From Hypanus sabinus (lineage: Eukaryota): 64,000 nucleotides of DNA. A program made the position numbers and the translations under genes. The DNA lies in the NCBI RefSeq assembly GCF_030144855.1, contig NC_082723.1, forward strand, positions 35,526,001 through 35,590,000, in the 5' to 3' direction. Shown here piece by piece: positions 62,596 through 64,000 of the stretch. Within the stretch, counting starts at the first letter, position 1. Each line of letters begins with the position of its first letter. Under the pieces are notes generated by a model. It was not told where the DNA came from, searched no databases, and saw only the letters and a list, made by a program, of their open reading frames with translations.

Positions 62596-64000
62596 TACAT
62601 TTTAAAAAGGCAGTAGAAAGAAAATGAAATTTTCTTTCTTTTATAAATTAGAAGATAATCTTAATTTCAGATTATTATTTTTATTCTATATAAAGTTTAA
62701 AGTAACATAGTTAGATAATTACACAAAATCTACAGAAACTTGCTACTTGGTCTAATTGACTATGCCAGTGTTTTGGATCTGAAACAGCTTCCTCCCACCC
62801 CACTTCATTTCTACTGAAAAGCAAATCCATTTATTTGTCTTCCTTTAAGTAGTTATCAATTTTTATTGTTAAATTCACTAAGGTTTCTTTGAACAGCTCT
62901 TCATGGATGGGTTTCAAATCATCAACCTCCAACTGAAAAAGTTACTCCTGAATTCTCTTGGTTCCTGTAGAGAGCTAGGAGGAGGCGGAAAAGGCAGAAA
63001 GGCCTATCTCCGTTCCCACTATGTACTTGTCTTGTTGAATCTTCTTAAATGCATAATTAATCACAGAGCAGCATTTCTATGATCAGTTTCATTTACTGTT
63101 AGTTCCTAAGTAAGAGTATTTGCTGTATGTATCTAATTCCATTACAGTAATACTGCCTTTTGAAAGGCTCCAAAGCTTTTATGTCTCCGTTATCATAGAT
63201 AGTGGGCCAACCTAGTTGTTACTCAGATATTGAAGTGCTTTCTGGTCACCAGTAATGACTTCAGCAGCGACAAGTCAGTATCTGTGCTGTATGCTTGTCA
63301 CTTGTTCTGAAGTTTTACAATTAACCTCTTCCTCTCCAAATAATATTTTATCTTCCTGTCATTTCAAGACTAAAATAAATAAAATTTTGTTAGGCAAGGG
63401 TATTAATAGAAACAAGATGGATATTAATTCTTAAATAAAGCCAGTAATGATTTATCTGAATCATCCTTGGGAAATTGAATGGTCCACTCCTATTTCTGAA
63501 TTCCCATTAAGAAGTTCCTTCTCGTTTGCTTCCTTTCGATGAAACAGAAAATCTGAGTTCTCAACCCATTTCTCATTCAGATTGAGATTTATTTATCGCA
63601 GGTACATTGCAACATAGAGTGAAATACGTTGTTTCTGTTAATAACCACACACCCAAGGACGTAGCAACAGCCTGCAAGAGTCGCCTCACATTCCGGCGCC
63701 AACCGTAACATGCCCACCCTGTTCATCACAACACAGAACAGCACAAGCAGCATTAACAACAACAGAAGACAAGGCAACAACAGCAAAGCAAGCCCTTTCC
63801 CACCCTCTCACTCCATTCACACACACTGGCCTCCAACCCCAATGCAGACTGCTTCCAGGCCTCCAGTCCTTGGCCCTAGACTTTCAAACCTCTGATACCA
63901 GAGGTGAATCACTGGTCCTTCTCCAGATTGGTTCCCATTACTTGGGTTCCCTCCACTATGCATCAGTGTCCAGAACTAAATGGAAGACTCATTCTGATAT

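Noticed and set aside
1-64000. CRISPR arrays, operons, rRNA or other prokaryotic systems
   Set aside because: The sequence is clearly vertebrate (spliceosomal introns, LINEs and SINEs); no regularly spaced repeat-spacer array seen

Overview
AT-rich, transposon-dense vertebrate DNA. The repeat families (CR1 with TTTCTATG tails, Rex1/Babar, Penelope-like elements, L2-tailed SINEs) suggest a cartilaginous fish, probably a ray or skate (inference). Three spliced genes can be reconstructed by hand. (1) The last two coding exons of EEIG1/FAM102A (+), followed by a long, repeat-poor probable 3'UTR. (2) A complete 4-exon DPM2 (+, 84 aa) starting in the window's only CpG island. (3) Between them on the minus strand, a 3-coding-exon gene I cannot name (256-265 aa). 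It encodes a type I membrane protein with a signal peptide, a Cys-rich MRH / M6P-receptor / ATG27-like lumenal domain, one TM helix and a CD-MPR-like tail. It lies head-to-head with DPM2 and tail-to-tail with EEIG1. A candidate first coding exon (MAEE|GTAAGT) near 62 kb may belong to PIP5KL1 by synteny. The rest is nested LINEs, SINEs and MITEs, one 159-N assembly gap, and several Penelope-derived repeats carrying minimal hammerhead-ribozyme cores. Exon and TIR/TSD coordinates were counted from the sequence; LINE and SINE boundaries are approximate.
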